A DNA stretch of 64,000 nt from an uncultured Gammaproteobacteria bacterium (GTDB lineage Bacteria > Patescibacteriota > Patescibacteriia > Patescibacteriales > GWC2-42-12): positions 91,103 to 155,102 of the forward strand of contig CAZHZE010000001.1 of NCBI GenBank assembly GCA_964537265.1, given 5' to 3'. The position numbers and the translations under genes are program-made. This document shows, in pieces, positions 17,880 to 28,224 of the stretch. Numbering within the stretch: the stretch's first letter is position 1; each line of letters opens with the position of its first letter. The notes under the pieces are model-generated. The model saw only the letters and a program-made list of their open reading frames with translations, ran no database searches and was not told the DNA's origin.

Positions 17880-19529
17880 TTATTTTTTCCCTTTACTACA
17901 AACCCTAATAAATTCTACAAATAGCGGATGCGGATCTAACGGACGAGAAATGTATTCAGGATGAAATTGCGTACCGATAAAAAATGGATGGTTGGTTATT
18001 TCTACGGCTTCAACGATCTTTCCATCTGGCGATGTTCCAGCAATACGCAAACCAGCTTTTTCAAATTGCTGGCGATACTTATTATTAAATTCATATCTAT
18101 GCCTATGGCGCTCGCTAATAGTCCCCTTTTTACCGAATTTAGCGTAGGCTGTGGCTAAATGTGTGCCTGGCATAATTTTACACGGCCAACCGCCTAATCT
18201 TATGGTTCCACCGTATTGTTTCTTAGCCAATAATTCTTTTTGGTGAGGCATCATATGAATAACCGGACAAGCAGTTTTAGTATTAGCTTCTTCGCTATTA
18301 GCGCCTTTTAATTTTAAAACATGACGGGCAAACTCAATAACCGCCATCTGCATGCCATAGCATAAACCAAAATAAGGCACATTTTTTTCTCGACAATATT
18401 TTATGGCTTTAATTTTTCCTTCACAGCCACGCGATCCCCAACCCTGAGGTACGATCACGCCGTCGCAATTTTTTAATAAAGATACACCTTTTTTCTCAAG
18501 TTCTTCAGCGTCTATCCAAAAAAATTCGGTCTTACAATTATTGACTGACGAGGCATGCTTAATAGCTTCAATTACGGAAATATATGAATCGGAAACAAAA
18601 TATCCACCTTTTTTAAAATATTTTCCAACCAAAGCGATTTTGACTTTATTTTTAGCTTTTTTAACCCGCTTGACCATGGCCTGCCATTCGCCTTTTGATT
18701 TTTGACGAGCTTTTAACCCAAATTTATCTAAAATTCTGTCCCCCAATCCGCTTTTTTCAAAATTCAAAGGCACGTCATAAATTGAATCTATATCAGGCGC
18801 GGCGATAACATCATCAGCCGAGATATTGCAATTCAAAGCTATTTTTTCTTTACGCTGTTTATCAATAGCTTTTTCGCTTCTAGCGATAACAAAATCTGGC
18901 TGAATACCAGCAGAATTTAAAGTGCGAATGGCGTATTGAGTTGGCTTGGTTTTCATTTCTCCGACTTTGTTTGGTATAGGCAAATAACTGACAATGGCGA
19001 ATAAAACATCTTTAGGATTATATAATTTCATCATTCTGGCTGCTTCTAAAAAAAGTAAATTTTGATATTCGCCAACCGTACCGCCAATTTCAATGATCAT
19101 AATTTCGGCCTTGGTTTTTTTAACAGCCTTATGAATGCGATCTATTATCTCTAACGGAATATGGGGCACCACCTCCACGTCATCGCCCTTATATTCTAAA
19201 TTACGCTCTTTTTGAATTACAGATAAATAAACCCTGCCGGTAGTCATATAATTCTCGCGGTAAATATTCTTATTTAAAAATCTTTCATAATTGCCAATAT
19301 CTTGGTCAGTTTCGTCTCCATCTTCAGTAACAAAAACTTCACCATGTTCAAAAGGGTTGATAGTGCCGGCATCAACATTAATATAAGGATCAATTTTTAT
19401 TGCGCTGACATTAAATCCTCTGGATTGTAAAATTTCTGCTATTGAAGCTACTGATATGCCTTTGCCTACGCTAGACATTACTCCACCAACAACAAAAATA
19501 TATTTGGTTTTATTAGTTTTAGTTGCCAT
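17880..19529 (-). CDS. pyrG: CTP synthase
   Basis: 549 aa. N-terminal synthase domain (KYIFVVGGVMSSVGKG) and C-terminal glutamine amidotransferase (GLCYGMQ, HRHRYE). Confidence 0.95.
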   Translation of the reverse strand: MATKTNKTKYIFVVGGVMSSVGKGISVASIAEILQSRGFNVSAIKIDPYINVDAGTINPFEHGEVFVTEDGDETDQDIGNYERFLNKNIYRENYMTTGRVYLSVIQKERNLEYKGDDVEVVPHIPLEIIDRIHKAVKKTKAEIMIIEIGGTVGEYQNLLFLEAARMMKLYNPKDVLFAIVSYLPIPNKVGEMKTKPTQYAIRTLNSAGIQPDFVIARSEKAIDKQRKEKIALNCNISADDVIAAPDIDSIYDVPLNFEKSGLGDRILDKFGLKARQKSKGEWQAMVKRVKKAKNKVKIALVGKYFKKGGYFVSDSYISVIEAIKHASSVNNCKTEFFWIDAEELEKKGVSLLKNCDGVIVPQGWGSRGCEGKIKAIKYCREKNVPYFGLCYGMQMAVIEFARHVLKLKGANSEEANTKTACPVIHMMPHQKELLAKKQYGGTIRLGGWPCKIMPGTHLATAYAKFGKKGTISERHRHRYEFNNKYRQQFEKAGLRIAGTSPDGKIVEAVEITNHPFFIGTQFHPEYISRPLDPHPLFVEFIRVCSKGKK

Positions 19530-19537
19530 ATTATTAT

Positions 19538-20824
19538 CTATTTTTTATTTAATATTTCTATCGCTTTGTTAATTTGCGGATCTTTATCAGCGTTATAATC
19601 TTCCAGGATTAAATCTATCTGAATATCAGGAGTTATGCCCTGATCATTAATATTATAGCCTTTTGGCGTCAACCATTTAGCTACAGTTATTTTTATAGAT
19701 GAACCATCATCCATATCTTCTAGGGTTTGCACCGATCCTTTGCCAAACGTTTTCATTCCTACTATAGTAGCTTTGCCATAATCCTTTAACGCCCCGGCAA
19801 CAATTTCCGAAGCTGAGGCGCTACCTTGATTAACTAAAACAACTGTTGGAAAATTTTTTAATCTAGCTAAACCTCGATTTTTATACTCGTTCTTTTTTTC
19901 CTGGCTAAATTGCTCTGATACTATGATGCCTTCGTCAATCCATTCACTAGCTACATCAATAGCAGTTTCTAAATATCCTCCTGGGTTATTTCTTAGATCA
20001 AGAATAATACCTTTAGGATTTTTACTAACCGCTTCAGCTACCGCCTGTTTAAACAAATCGCTAGTATCATCATTAAAATTAGTGATGGTAATAATAAATA
20101 TACCATCTTCACTTATTTTTGTTTTAACGCTTTTAACTATAATCATTTCTCTAATTATAGTAATATCTTCAGTTTTCTCAAAACCTTTTCTAAAAATAGT
20201 TAAAGTAACTTTAGTGCCTTTTGGCCCGCGTATTTTATTTACTACTTCATCAATTGTTAAACCAGCCGTTGACTCTCCGTCGACCGCATAAATCTGATCT
20301 CCGGCTTGCAGACCAGCTTTTTCCGCCGGCATACCGGCCAGGGGCGCGACAATAGTTATAATATCATTTTTTTTACCTAATTCAGCGCCGATACCTTCGA
20401 ATGTTCCAGCCAAATCATTAGAAAATTCCTTGGCTATTTTTGGATCCATAAAAATAGTATAAGGATCGCCGGTTGATTCTACTAATCCCTTTAAAGCTCC
20501 ATAAAACATTTTTTTGTCATCTAACTTATCTTTATCAACATATTTTTCTTTCAGCTGATCCCAAACATCCCAAAATAAATTAAAATCAATATCTTTGGTT
20601 AATTTGTTGGCTGGGGCAGTAATATATTTATTATAAACTTGGCCAGCATAAACTGCTTCTTTTAAACTCACGGCTTTCAAAAATTCATTTTTTTGCGATG
20701 ACAACATGCCCGCACCAAAAGCGACTGATAATAAAAATAAATTTAATAAAATAACGCCGGTAATTTTCCAGCGCTTAAATCTCTTAATTTCCGGCGCGCT
20801 TGATGGTAAATTCTGATTATCCAT
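19538..20824 (-). CDS. carboxy-terminal processing protease (S41) with PDZ domain
   Basis: 428 aa. PDZ (AGLQAGDQIYAVDG), RNNPGG, catalytic GSASASEIVAGALKD. Confidence 0.9.
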   Translation of the reverse strand: MDNQNLPSSAPEIKRFKRWKITGVILLNLFLLSVAFGAGMLSSQKNEFLKAVSLKEAVYAGQVYNKYITAPANKLTKDIDFNLFWDVWDQLKEKYVDKDKLDDKKMFYGALKGLVESTGDPYTIFMDPKIAKEFSNDLAGTFEGIGAELGKKNDIITIVAPLAGMPAEKAGLQAGDQIYAVDGESTAGLTIDEVVNKIRGPKGTKVTLTIFRKGFEKTEDITIIREMIIVKSVKTKISEDGIFIITITNFNDDTSDLFKQAVAEAVSKNPKGIILDLRNNPGGYLETAIDVASEWIDEGIIVSEQFSQEKKNEYKNRGLARLKNFPTVVLVNQGSASASEIVAGALKDYGKATIVGMKTFGKGSVQTLEDMDDGSSIKITVAKWLTPKGYNINDQGITPDIQIDLILEDYNADKDPQINKAIEILNKK

Positions 20825-20960
20825 AGATAATTATTGAGTATTACTTATTATATATTATCATATCTGGGTTTATTTTGACAAATCAATTTAAGGCATTGAA
20901 AAATAAGCAAATTTAGGTTATTATAAATATAATAATAAATAATAAAAATATATAAATATT

Positions 20961-22259
20961 ATGTCTAATTTTGTAATAAAAGGCGGCAAAAAACTCCATG
21001 GTAAAATTAAAACTAATTCAGCTAAAAATTCAGCTGTGTCCATTCTTTGCGCTCTCCCCATGATTAAAGGAAAAACAATTTTAAATAATATGCCGCGCAT
21101 TGAAGAAGTCAATCGGATTATTGAAATTTTAACCTCTATCGGTTTAAAAATAAGCTGGGCTGGATCTAGCACTTTACACGTCTTAAATAATGGTAAAATT
21201 AACTTAAAAAAAATAAATATAGAATCATACGAGAAAACCAGATCGGCTATTTTACTTATTGGTTCTCTGGCTTCTATTTTTAATAAATTTTCTCTGCCAA
21301 AAATTAGCGGCTGTAAATTAGGAAAACGTACTGTTAATCCGCATATGATCGCCTTAAACCATTTGGGAATAGAGGTTAAAAAAACTAACAATTTATTTCA
21401 TATTAACCGCGGCAAGGCCAAAGGATCAGATTTTACTATGTATGAATCTGGCGATACAGCCACGGAAAACGCTATTTTAGCAGCGGTTTTGCTTCCTGGA
21501 AAAACAAAAATAAATTTAGCCTCGCCTAATTATATGGTGCAGGATTTATGTTACTTTTTGATCAAAGCTGGGGCGAAAATAAAAGGCGTAGGAACAACAA
21601 AATTAGAAATTACCGGCGTAAAAAAATTAAAACAAATAAGCTACTCTATAATGCCTGATCCAATAGAATCTATGGCTTTTATCGCTATTGCTATCGCTAC
21701 GGAATCAAAATTAAAAATCACTGGCTGCCCGATAGAATTCTTAAGTTTAGAATTAGAAAAATTAAGAGTCATGGGACAAAAAATGAAAATTAGCAAAACT
21801 TATAAATCAAGCAATGGTAAATTCGACTTGGTTGACATAGAAATAATTCCTTCAAAATTAACCGCTCTACCGGACAAAATTTACGGCCGCCCTTTCCCAG
21901 GATTAAATATCGATAATTTGCCGTTATTTTTACCAATTTTGATAAAAGCTCATGGGCAAACTTTAGTACATGACTGGGTTTATGAAAATAGAGCCGTATA
22001 TTATCTAGAATTAAATAAACTCGGCGCAGACATTATGCTTCATGACGCTCACCGAATAACAGTCTCTGGGCCATCTAAATTAAGACCGGCGGAAATTATT
22101 TGCCCGCCAGCCTTAAGACCAGCTATAAACCTTTTAATTTGCATGCTCGCTGTTAAAGGCACCTCAACGCTCTATAATTCATACTCGATTGACCGCGGTT
22201 ATGAAAATATCTGCGAACGCTTGAATAAACTCGGCGCTAATATAAAAAAAGTTGATTAA
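20961..22259 (+). CDS. murA: UDP-N-acetylglucosamine 1-carboxyvinyltransferase
   Basis: 432 aa. IKGGKKLHGKIKTNSAKNS start, active-site loop ISGCKLGKRTVNPH (Cys retained). Confidence 0.9.
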   Translation: MSNFVIKGGKKLHGKIKTNSAKNSAVSILCALPMIKGKTILNNMPRIEEVNRIIEILTSIGLKISWAGSSTLHVLNNGKINLKKINIESYEKTRSAILLIGSLASIFNKFSLPKISGCKLGKRTVNPHMIALNHLGIEVKKTNNLFHINRGKAKGSDFTMYESGDTATENAILAAVLLPGKTKINLASPNYMVQDLCYFLIKAGAKIKGVGTTKLEITGVKKLKQISYSIMPDPIESMAFIAIAIATESKLKITGCPIEFLSLELEKLRVMGQKMKISKTYKSSNGKFDLVDIEIIPSKLTALPDKIYGRPFPGLNIDNLPLFLPILIKAHGQTLVHDWVYENRAVYYLELNKLGADIMLHDAHRITVSGPSKLRPAEIICPPALRPAINLLICMLAVKGTSTLYNSYSIDRGYENICERLNKLGANIKKVD

Positions 22260-22293
22260 TCTCGCTAAAAAATATTTAATAAGATAAAATACT

Positions 22294-23610
22294 ATGACTC
22301 TAAAAGTTAGAAGAATATTGAGTATAATATTTATTATCTTATTTCTTGTTATGACGCCGGCTATTATGTTATATGCTGCCGGTTATCGTTTAGGTAATAA
22401 TGGTTTATCTATCCAAAAAACCGGCATGTTTATTATTGACTCAAGGCCTAAGGGCGCAAAAATATATATAGATGGCGAGCTACAAAAAACCTGGCCGAAC
22501 TCAATTATCACCACGCCGGCTAAAATAAAAAATTTATTGCCTAAAGAATATGAATTAAAACTTGAACTTGATGGCTATTGGAGTTGGCAGAAAAAATTAG
22601 TCGTTAAGCCCGGGGCTTCAACTTTCGCTGAAAATATTTATCTTTTCAAAAATGATTTGCCGGTCCAAATTTTACCAGCCGATATTGAATCTATCCGTTT
22701 ATGGTCAGGCAAAAATCAATCTATAATTTTATCCAAAAATTTGATAACTTTTTTAAATTTAAACGATGAATCGCAGAAAATAATTCAACGCGACAAATTA
22801 GTCGCAAAAAATATATTTTTTTCTAAAGATCAAAATAAAATAGTAATAGATAATTATCTATACAATTTAATAAACTTAAATTCATCTATCAACTTAAAAA
22901 ATTTCAATATTAACTCATTTAATTATAAATGGGATGATAATATTTTATATTATCAGGACAAACTTTCTATTTATAAATTAGAAGAAAATAATAAACCGAT
23001 AAAAATCGTCAATAATAAAATATTTAATGATTATTTAGTAAAAAATAATTATTTATATTTAATCATTGAAACTAAACAAGGATTTGATTTGGAAATAATA
23101 GATATAGATAGCGGAAAAAATTTAAAAAATATAAACCTACCTGCAGCCGGTAATTATTCTTTTATTAATACTGAAAATAATCTGCTCAATATTTATGATA
23201 AAAATCATAAAACTCTTTTCTTGATTAACCCTATGTCAACTTTTGAGCCATTAGTAGCTGTTATTAATAACTTAAAAACGGCTTCTTGGAATGACAGCAA
23301 CAGCTTAGTATACTCTAATGATTTTGAAATATGGCTTTATGATTTATCATCAAAAAATAAAACTTTAATAACCAGAATATCTGATACTATAACTAACGCT
23401 ATCATGCACCCAAGCAAAGACTACATTATTTACTCCACAGAAAAAACTATCAACACTATTGAGCTAGACGAAAGGGACAAAAAAAATGTTAATGAGTTAG
23501 TAAAATTTGATTCTGTTAATTCATTCATCTTAACTAACGGCGACATTCTTTATTTTTCCGGTAAAATAGGCAATTCAGAGGGTTTATATAAAAAATCTTT
23601 GATGCAATAA
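22294..23610 (+). CDS. membrane-anchored PEGA-domain protein, beta-propeller-like C-terminus
   Basis: 438 aa. N-terminal TM, PKGAKIYIDGELQ...YELKLELDGYWSW (PEGA-like). The remainder is Asn/Ile-rich and repetitive. Confidence 0.5.
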   Translation: MTLKVRRILSIIFIILFLVMTPAIMLYAAGYRLGNNGLSIQKTGMFIIDSRPKGAKIYIDGELQKTWPNSIITTPAKIKNLLPKEYELKLELDGYWSWQKKLVVKPGASTFAENIYLFKNDLPVQILPADIESIRLWSGKNQSIILSKNLITFLNLNDESQKIIQRDKLVAKNIFFSKDQNKIVIDNYLYNLINLNSSINLKNFNINSFNYKWDDNILYYQDKLSIYKLEENNKPIKIVNNKIFNDYLVKNNYLYLIIETKQGFDLEIIDIDSGKNLKNINLPAAGNYSFINTENNLLNIYDKNHKTLFLINPMSTFEPLVAVINNLKTASWNDSNSLVYSNDFEIWLYDLSSKNKTLITRISDTITNAIMHPSKDYIIYSTEKTINTIELDERDKKNVNELVKFDSVNSFILTNGDILYFSGKIGNSEGLYKKSLMQ

Positions 23611-23615
23611 TAAAT

Positions 23616-23652
23616 AAAAAAACAGACTGATGCTATTTTAGTCTGTTTTTTT
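23616..23652. terminator. bidirectional rho-independent terminator
   Basis: AAACAGACT / AGTCTGTTT 9-bp stem, A-run upstream, T7 downstream, between convergent genes. Confidence 0.8.
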
Positions 23653-23673
23653 ATTTATTCGCAAATTTATTTT

Positions 23674-24798
23674 TTATTTAAATTCGTCTAAGACTGCGAT
23701 TAAAGTAATGAATTTACCGTCACGAAAAACTTTTAATCCTATTTTATTGCCTGGTTTATATTTTTGTATAACAGACAATAAAGTTGTTTGACCTTGCAAT
23801 TTAATAGCGTTTACTTCTGTTATAATATCGCCTGGCTTTAGACCAGCTTTATCGGCCGGAGAATCAGATAAAACAGAAGGTGTTTCTTCTTTATTGCCAG
23901 TCGGTATCCAAGCGCCAGTATCTTTCGTTAAATTATTTTCTTCAGCAATTACCGGGGTCAGCATAATATATCTAACGCCCAATCTAGTCCTAACTATGCG
24001 CCCTATTTCTTTAACAGTCTTTATAACTGGCCTAGCATCATTTATTGGTATGGCGAATCCTATAGATGTTCCGCTTTGGTCAATAGCTACGTTAATGCCC
24101 ACAATATTACCATTTAAATCTATTAACGGGCCGCCGGAATTACCTAAATTTATTTCCGCATCAGTCTGTATGACATTATCTAAAATTTCCGTCGTTGATC
24201 CAGATTGGTCTGAAGCCTCTAAACTTCTGCCTAACCCGCTAACTATGCCTTTGGTGGCGCTATTTTGGTATTTGCCTAAAGTATTGCCAATAGCAATAAC
24301 CGTTGAACCAATCTGCAATTTATCACTGTCTCCTAGCTGAGCATAAGGTAAATTTTTATCAAAAATCTTTAACACCGCCAAATCATTAATCGGATCCTTG
24401 CCGATCAGCTGCGCATAATATTTTTTGCCAGAATTTAAAACAATTTTATACTCTGCGGTTTTTTCATCACCAGCGCTTACCACATGCTTATTGGTAAGAA
24501 TAAGGCCATCAGAGGAAATTAAAAAACCTGTGCCAGAACCTTTCTGTACCGTTTCTGTTTTTTGTGTTTGCTCTCCAGTATTTAAATTTATTGTAGTGGT
24601 AGTTTCTTTATCCATTATAATAATATTTACTACCGCCGGCATAACTTTCTTTATAGCTCTAATAGTCGCTTCTTGATCATCCAAATGCAAAGTATCGGCA
24701 ACAACATCGGTTATATTTGAATTATTATTTAAAACAAAAAAACTTACACTAAGACAAGTTAATAACAAACTTATTATGATATATTTTTTTATTGACAT
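23674..24798 (-). CDS. htrA: HtrA/DegP-family serine protease with PDZ domain (catalytically intact)
   Basis: 374 aa. His (TNKHVV), Asp (DLAVLKI), Ser (GNSGGPL), C-terminal PDZ. Confidence 0.9.
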   Translation of the reverse strand: MSIKKYIIISLLLTCLSVSFFVLNNNSNITDVVADTLHLDDQEATIRAIKKVMPAVVNIIIMDKETTTTINLNTGEQTQKTETVQKGSGTGFLISSDGLILTNKHVVSAGDEKTAEYKIVLNSGKKYYAQLIGKDPINDLAVLKIFDKNLPYAQLGDSDKLQIGSTVIAIGNTLGKYQNSATKGIVSGLGRSLEASDQSGSTTEILDNVIQTDAEINLGNSGGPLIDLNGNIVGINVAIDQSGTSIGFAIPINDARPVIKTVKEIGRIVRTRLGVRYIMLTPVIAEENNLTKDTGAWIPTGNKEETPSVLSDSPADKAGLKPGDIITEVNAIKLQGQTTLLSVIQKYKPGNKIGLKVFRDGKFITLIAVLDEFK

Positions 24799-24834
24799 AT
24801 TTTATAAATTATTTAATTTCTTAATTTTATGAAT

Positions 24835-25242
24835 TTACTCATAGAAATCAGGCCTACTTTCTTTATATTTTTTTACTCTTTCTTCAGCATCTTTCTCGCT
24901 ATAAAATTTACTACTTTTATAAACATTATAAACGCCTATATTTTTATTTTTTAAAATTTCGACTACAGCGGAATTTATTTTATCTAAAAATTTTGGGGTT
25001 TCTGAAAAATTATCTAAATTTCCATATTGCGAATTATAATAATGAGCGGCGCGAGACAAAAAGAGTTTACTAACAGTAGCGGAATTAGACTTACCTTCTT
25101 TAGCCAACATTTGATTAACAACATCCTCCAATTTTTCATGATCAATTGGTTCTATTATTTCCCTATCTTGCATTTTTTTCTCTTGAGAGATAAAATCAAA
25201 GCTTAAATTTTCTGGACCTTGTAGACCCTTTAATTTATCCAT
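24835..25242 (-). CDS. hypothetical protein
   Basis: 135 aa, soluble, no recognisable motif. Confidence 0.45.
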   Translation of the reverse strand: MDKLKGLQGPENLSFDFISQEKKMQDREIIEPIDHEKLEDVVNQMLAKEGKSNSATVSKLFLSRAAHYYNSQYGNLDNFSETPKFLDKINSAVVEILKNKNIGVYNVYKSSKFYSEKDAEERVKKYKESRPDFYE

Positions 25243-25291
25243 AATTTTAATTTATTTTTATATTATAACCCAAACAAAAATTCCTAGCAAC

Positions 25292-25320
25292 TTTACAAAA
25301 AACATAAAATCTTTTATTAT
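25292..25320 (+). promoter_or_regulatory. candidate promoter for tRNA-Gln/yhhQ (TTTACA-17 nt-TATTAT)
   Basis: -35 at 25292-25297, -10 at 25315-25320. Confidence 0.4.
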
Positions 25321-25328
25321 AACAATAG

Positions 25329-25348
25329 TCCCGAATATTCGGGATTTT
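25329..25348 (+). promoter_or_regulatory. perfect 16-nt palindrome plus T-run in the tRNA-Gln leader (terminator/attenuator-like)
   Basis: TCCCGAATATTCGGGA followed by TTTT, located between the predicted promoter and the tRNA 5' end. Confidence 0.4.
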
Positions 25349-25357
25349 ACTTATCAA

Positions 25358-25431
25358 TCGGGGATCGTCCAATGGTAAGACAGCGGCCTTTGGAGCCGTT
25401 AATCATGGTTCGAATCCATGTCCCCGAGCCA
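25358..25431 (+). tRNA. tRNA-Gln (anticodon UUG), CCA encoded
   Basis: Manual cloverleaf. Acceptor TCGGGGA/TCCCCGA, anticodon loop CTTTGGA, T arm CATGG-TTCGAAT-CCATG, then GCCA. Confidence 0.9.
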
Positions 25432-25444
25432 TTAAATCAATTCA

Positions 25445-26071
25445 ATGAAATTCTTCTCTAAAATTAACTTCCCTATTTTAAGCAGCTCTCTTTATGTGGC
25501 GGCGCAAATCTTCGCCAACATTCTTTCAACAAAAATTACAATTTTACCATTAATTAATCTAGCAGTTGATGGCGGCACAATAATTTACCCTCTAACTTTT
25601 ACTTTAAGAGATTTTGTACATAAAACTTGTGGAAAAAATAGCGCTAGACAAGTAGTTTTGATTGCCGCTAGTTTAAATGCTTTTATGTTTCTTCTATTCT
25701 GGTTAATTGGTAAAATGCCTGCCGACCCAACTTGGCAATTTCAAGAAGCTTATGAAAATATTTTATTGCCAGTCGGGAGAATTGTTATCGCCAGCATAAT
25801 TGCCCAAGTAATTTCCGAATTAATTGATACAGAAATTTTTAGTATTATTTTTAAAAAAATTAATGATCTATCAGCCGTTTTTATATCTAACTTAGTCGGT
25901 TTATTAATTGATAGTTTTATTTTTGGCTTTATCGCTTTTTTTGGCAATTTACCATTAACGACCGTATTAGAAATTATTTTAGCTAATATTTTAATTAAAT
26001 TAATTATTAGCATTTTAAGCACTCCGACAATAAAATTAATCCCTAGGTTAGTCAACTTCGAAAAAATTTAA
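25445..26071 (+). CDS. yhhQ: queuosine-precursor transporter, YhhQ/DUF165 (VUT) family
   Basis: 208 aa polytopic. YPLTFTLRDFVHK and ...SNLVGLLIDSFIFGFIAFFG match the YhhQ pattern. Confidence 0.7.
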   Translation: MKFFSKINFPILSSSLYVAAQIFANILSTKITILPLINLAVDGGTIIYPLTFTLRDFVHKTCGKNSARQVVLIAASLNAFMFLLFWLIGKMPADPTWQFQEAYENILLPVGRIVIASIIAQVISELIDTEIFSIIFKKINDLSAVFISNLVGLLIDSFIFGFIAFFGNLPLTTVLEIILANILIKLIISILSTPTIKLIPRLVNFEKI

Positions 26072-26075
26072 TAAT

Positions 26076-27188
26076 ATGATTTATTTATTTATTTTAGCCA
26101 CCACGGCTATTTTAGCGATTATTTTCGCGGCGCATTATTTTTTATTTCAATCGTTAATTTATTTTTTGGGCATAACCAACCAGGTCTATCTAATAATATT
26201 AAAAAGTATCTTTATTTTTTTACCCATTAGTTTTATTGTAGCGTCAATTTTAATTTCTCGTTTTTCAAATATTTTAGTACGGCTTTATTATATTATTTCA
26301 GCCAGCTGGTTTGGCATATTACTTTATTTTACGCTCGCTTGTCTACTCACCTATTTTATTATATGGTTAGGAAAAATTTTTTCTTTTGACATAAACCAAA
26401 AAAGTATATTTATTAGTTTATTAATAACCGCTACCACCATAATAATTTATGGCATTATTGCTGCGCAAAATATAAAAATAAAAGAATTAAATATTTCTTT
26501 GCCTAACATACCAAACGAATGGCGAGGTAAAACCGCAGTTTTTATAAGCGACTTACATTTAGGCACAATTGATAATTATGAATTCGCTTCAAAAGTCGCA
26601 GATCAGATTGAAAATTTAAAACCTGATTTACTATTAATCGGCGGGGATTTTTATGATGGCCAAGCCAATGTTAACTTAAATAGATTAGCGCAAATTTTTT
26701 CAACAATTAAAACGCCTTTAGGCAAATTTTTCGTAACTGGCAATCATGAAGAATTCGGCGACAACACTAAATATATTGAAGCGATTGCTAAAGCCGGCAT
26801 AAAAGTTTTAGATGATGAAATGGTAGAAATAAACGGGCTACAAATAATCGGCATTGATTATAAATCTGCTTATAATAAAAATGATTATGAAAATATTTTA
26901 GCAGATCTTAAAATAGACAAAAACAAACCAAGTATTTTATTAAGACATGTGCCTGATAAAATGAGTGTACCGCCTAAATTTGGCATTTCTTTGGAACTCT
27001 GCGGCCATGCGCATAAAGGTCAGCTCTTCCCAATCCAAATTATTGAACATTTTTTATACAACGGCTTCCAGTATGGTCTAAAAAAATCCGGTTCTACTCT
27101 AGTTTATACTTCTTCAGGGACTGGCACCTGGGGACCGCCTATGAGAATTTTAGCCGCACCTGAAATAGTTAAAATAAAATTTAAATAA
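26076..27188 (+). CDS. membrane-anchored calcineurin-like metallophosphoesterase
   Basis: 370 aa. Four or five N-terminal TMs, then ISDLHLG, GGDFYDG, GNHE, GHAHKGQ. Confidence 0.8.
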   Translation: MIYLFILATTAILAIIFAAHYFLFQSLIYFLGITNQVYLIILKSIFIFLPISFIVASILISRFSNILVRLYYIISASWFGILLYFTLACLLTYFIIWLGKIFSFDINQKSIFISLLITATTIIIYGIIAAQNIKIKELNISLPNIPNEWRGKTAVFISDLHLGTIDNYEFASKVADQIENLKPDLLLIGGDFYDGQANVNLNRLAQIFSTIKTPLGKFFVTGNHEEFGDNTKYIEAIAKAGIKVLDDEMVEINGLQIIGIDYKSAYNKNDYENILADLKIDKNKPSILLRHVPDKMSVPPKFGISLELCGHAHKGQLFPIQIIEHFLYNGFQYGLKKSGSTLVYTSSGTGTWGPPMRILAAPEIVKIKFK

Positions 27189-27190
27189 TA

Positions 27191-27224
27191 AAAAACAGCC
27201 GATAATTATACCGGCTGTTTTTTT
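27191..27224. terminator. bidirectional rho-independent terminator
   Basis: AACAGCCG / CGGCTGTT stem with flanking A5 and T7 runs. Confidence 0.8.
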
Positions 27225-27235
27225 ATACCAATGGA

Positions 27236-28150
27236 TTATACTTTTGAATACTTGCCTACCGCCACCAAACTAGCCATTATATTTATAAAACTAGCGGCTA
27301 AAAATTCTAAACCAAAAATTAACAAAAAATTACTATTATAATAATCTATTAAATTAATTTGAGCGCCGGCAAAAAATGAAGCCAAATAAGGCTGAATTAA
27401 ACTTAAAAATGGATAAATAACAGCTAAAATAACAACTACGCCAAAAAATGAGTAAATTAAACCAGAAATCAAATAAGGAGCGCGTATAAACCAAGCTGAA
27501 GCTCCAACTAACCTCATAATTGCAATTTCACGCTTATGAGTGGAAATAGCTACGCGCACAGCGTTATAAACAACTAATAGGGTTATAAAAATAAAAAGTA
27601 AACTAATAAATAAACTAGCTTCGTTGGCTTTTTGCGATATGCTATTTATCTTATTTAAAATAGCTTTATGATCATCAAAATTTCTTGATTCGATTATTTG
27701 ATTATCAATTTTATTTAGATCGACAATCAATTCGTCATAATTATCAATATTTTTTGGCTTTATTATTAAGCTTGGTGATAAAGGGTTTTTACCCAGCTCC
27801 AAAAGAGCTTGCAATATTTCAGGATCGTTTTTATGTTTTTCCCTAAAACTTTCTATGGCTGCCTGTTTAGAAATATAATTAACTTGCTTAGCAGAATTTA
27901 AATTCTCAATTTCAATTTTTAAAGCTAATATAGCTTCTTCGCTAGAATCTGGTTTTAAATATAAACTAATATCAACTTTTTCTTTTACTGCATTTACCGT
28001 AGCAGAAGTTAAAACTTTTACTATCACTAATAAATTAACAGAAAATAAAGCCAAAGAAATAATAACTATGGTAATAAGAGATAGCCAAATATTGCGAATA
28101 ATATCTTGAAAACTAAATTTTATAACTCTTAAAAATGATAATAGAAACAT
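27236..28150 (-). CDS. ftsX: cell-division ABC transporter permease-like protein FtsX
   Basis: 304 aa. 4 TM with a large first extracytoplasmic loop, IAIMRLVGASAWFIRAPY motif. Confidence 0.85.
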   Translation of the reverse strand: MFLLSFLRVIKFSFQDIIRNIWLSLITIVIISLALFSVNLLVIVKVLTSATVNAVKEKVDISLYLKPDSSEEAILALKIEIENLNSAKQVNYISKQAAIESFREKHKNDPEILQALLELGKNPLSPSLIIKPKNIDNYDELIVDLNKIDNQIIESRNFDDHKAILNKINSISQKANEASLFISLLFIFITLLVVYNAVRVAISTHKREIAIMRLVGASAWFIRAPYLISGLIYSFFGVVVILAVIYPFLSLIQPYLASFFAGAQINLIDYYNSNFLLIFGLEFLAASFINIMASLVAVGKYSKV

Positions 28151-28224
28151 AAAAACAAATTTATATTTGATATATTATATTTTTTAAAATATTAAAAACT
28201 TTTTTGAAAAAATTTTTAAGGATT

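Noticed and set aside
20921-21391. 156-aa minus-strand ORF, plus many similar antisense ORFs (e.g. 3380..3598, 5913..6116, 6956..7372, 14228..14488, 19923..20291, 23894..24340, 29511..29891, 31876..32172, 42175..42543, 45256..45621, 59948..60196)
   Set aside because: All lie antisense within well-supported conserved genes. They are typical shadow ORFs of an A/T-rich genome, with no signals or recognisable motifs.
25329-25444. preQ1 riboswitch upstream of yhhQ
   Set aside because: The hairpin is followed by a U-rich rather than A-rich tail, lacks the preQ1-I loop consensus, and a tRNA lies between it and the gene.
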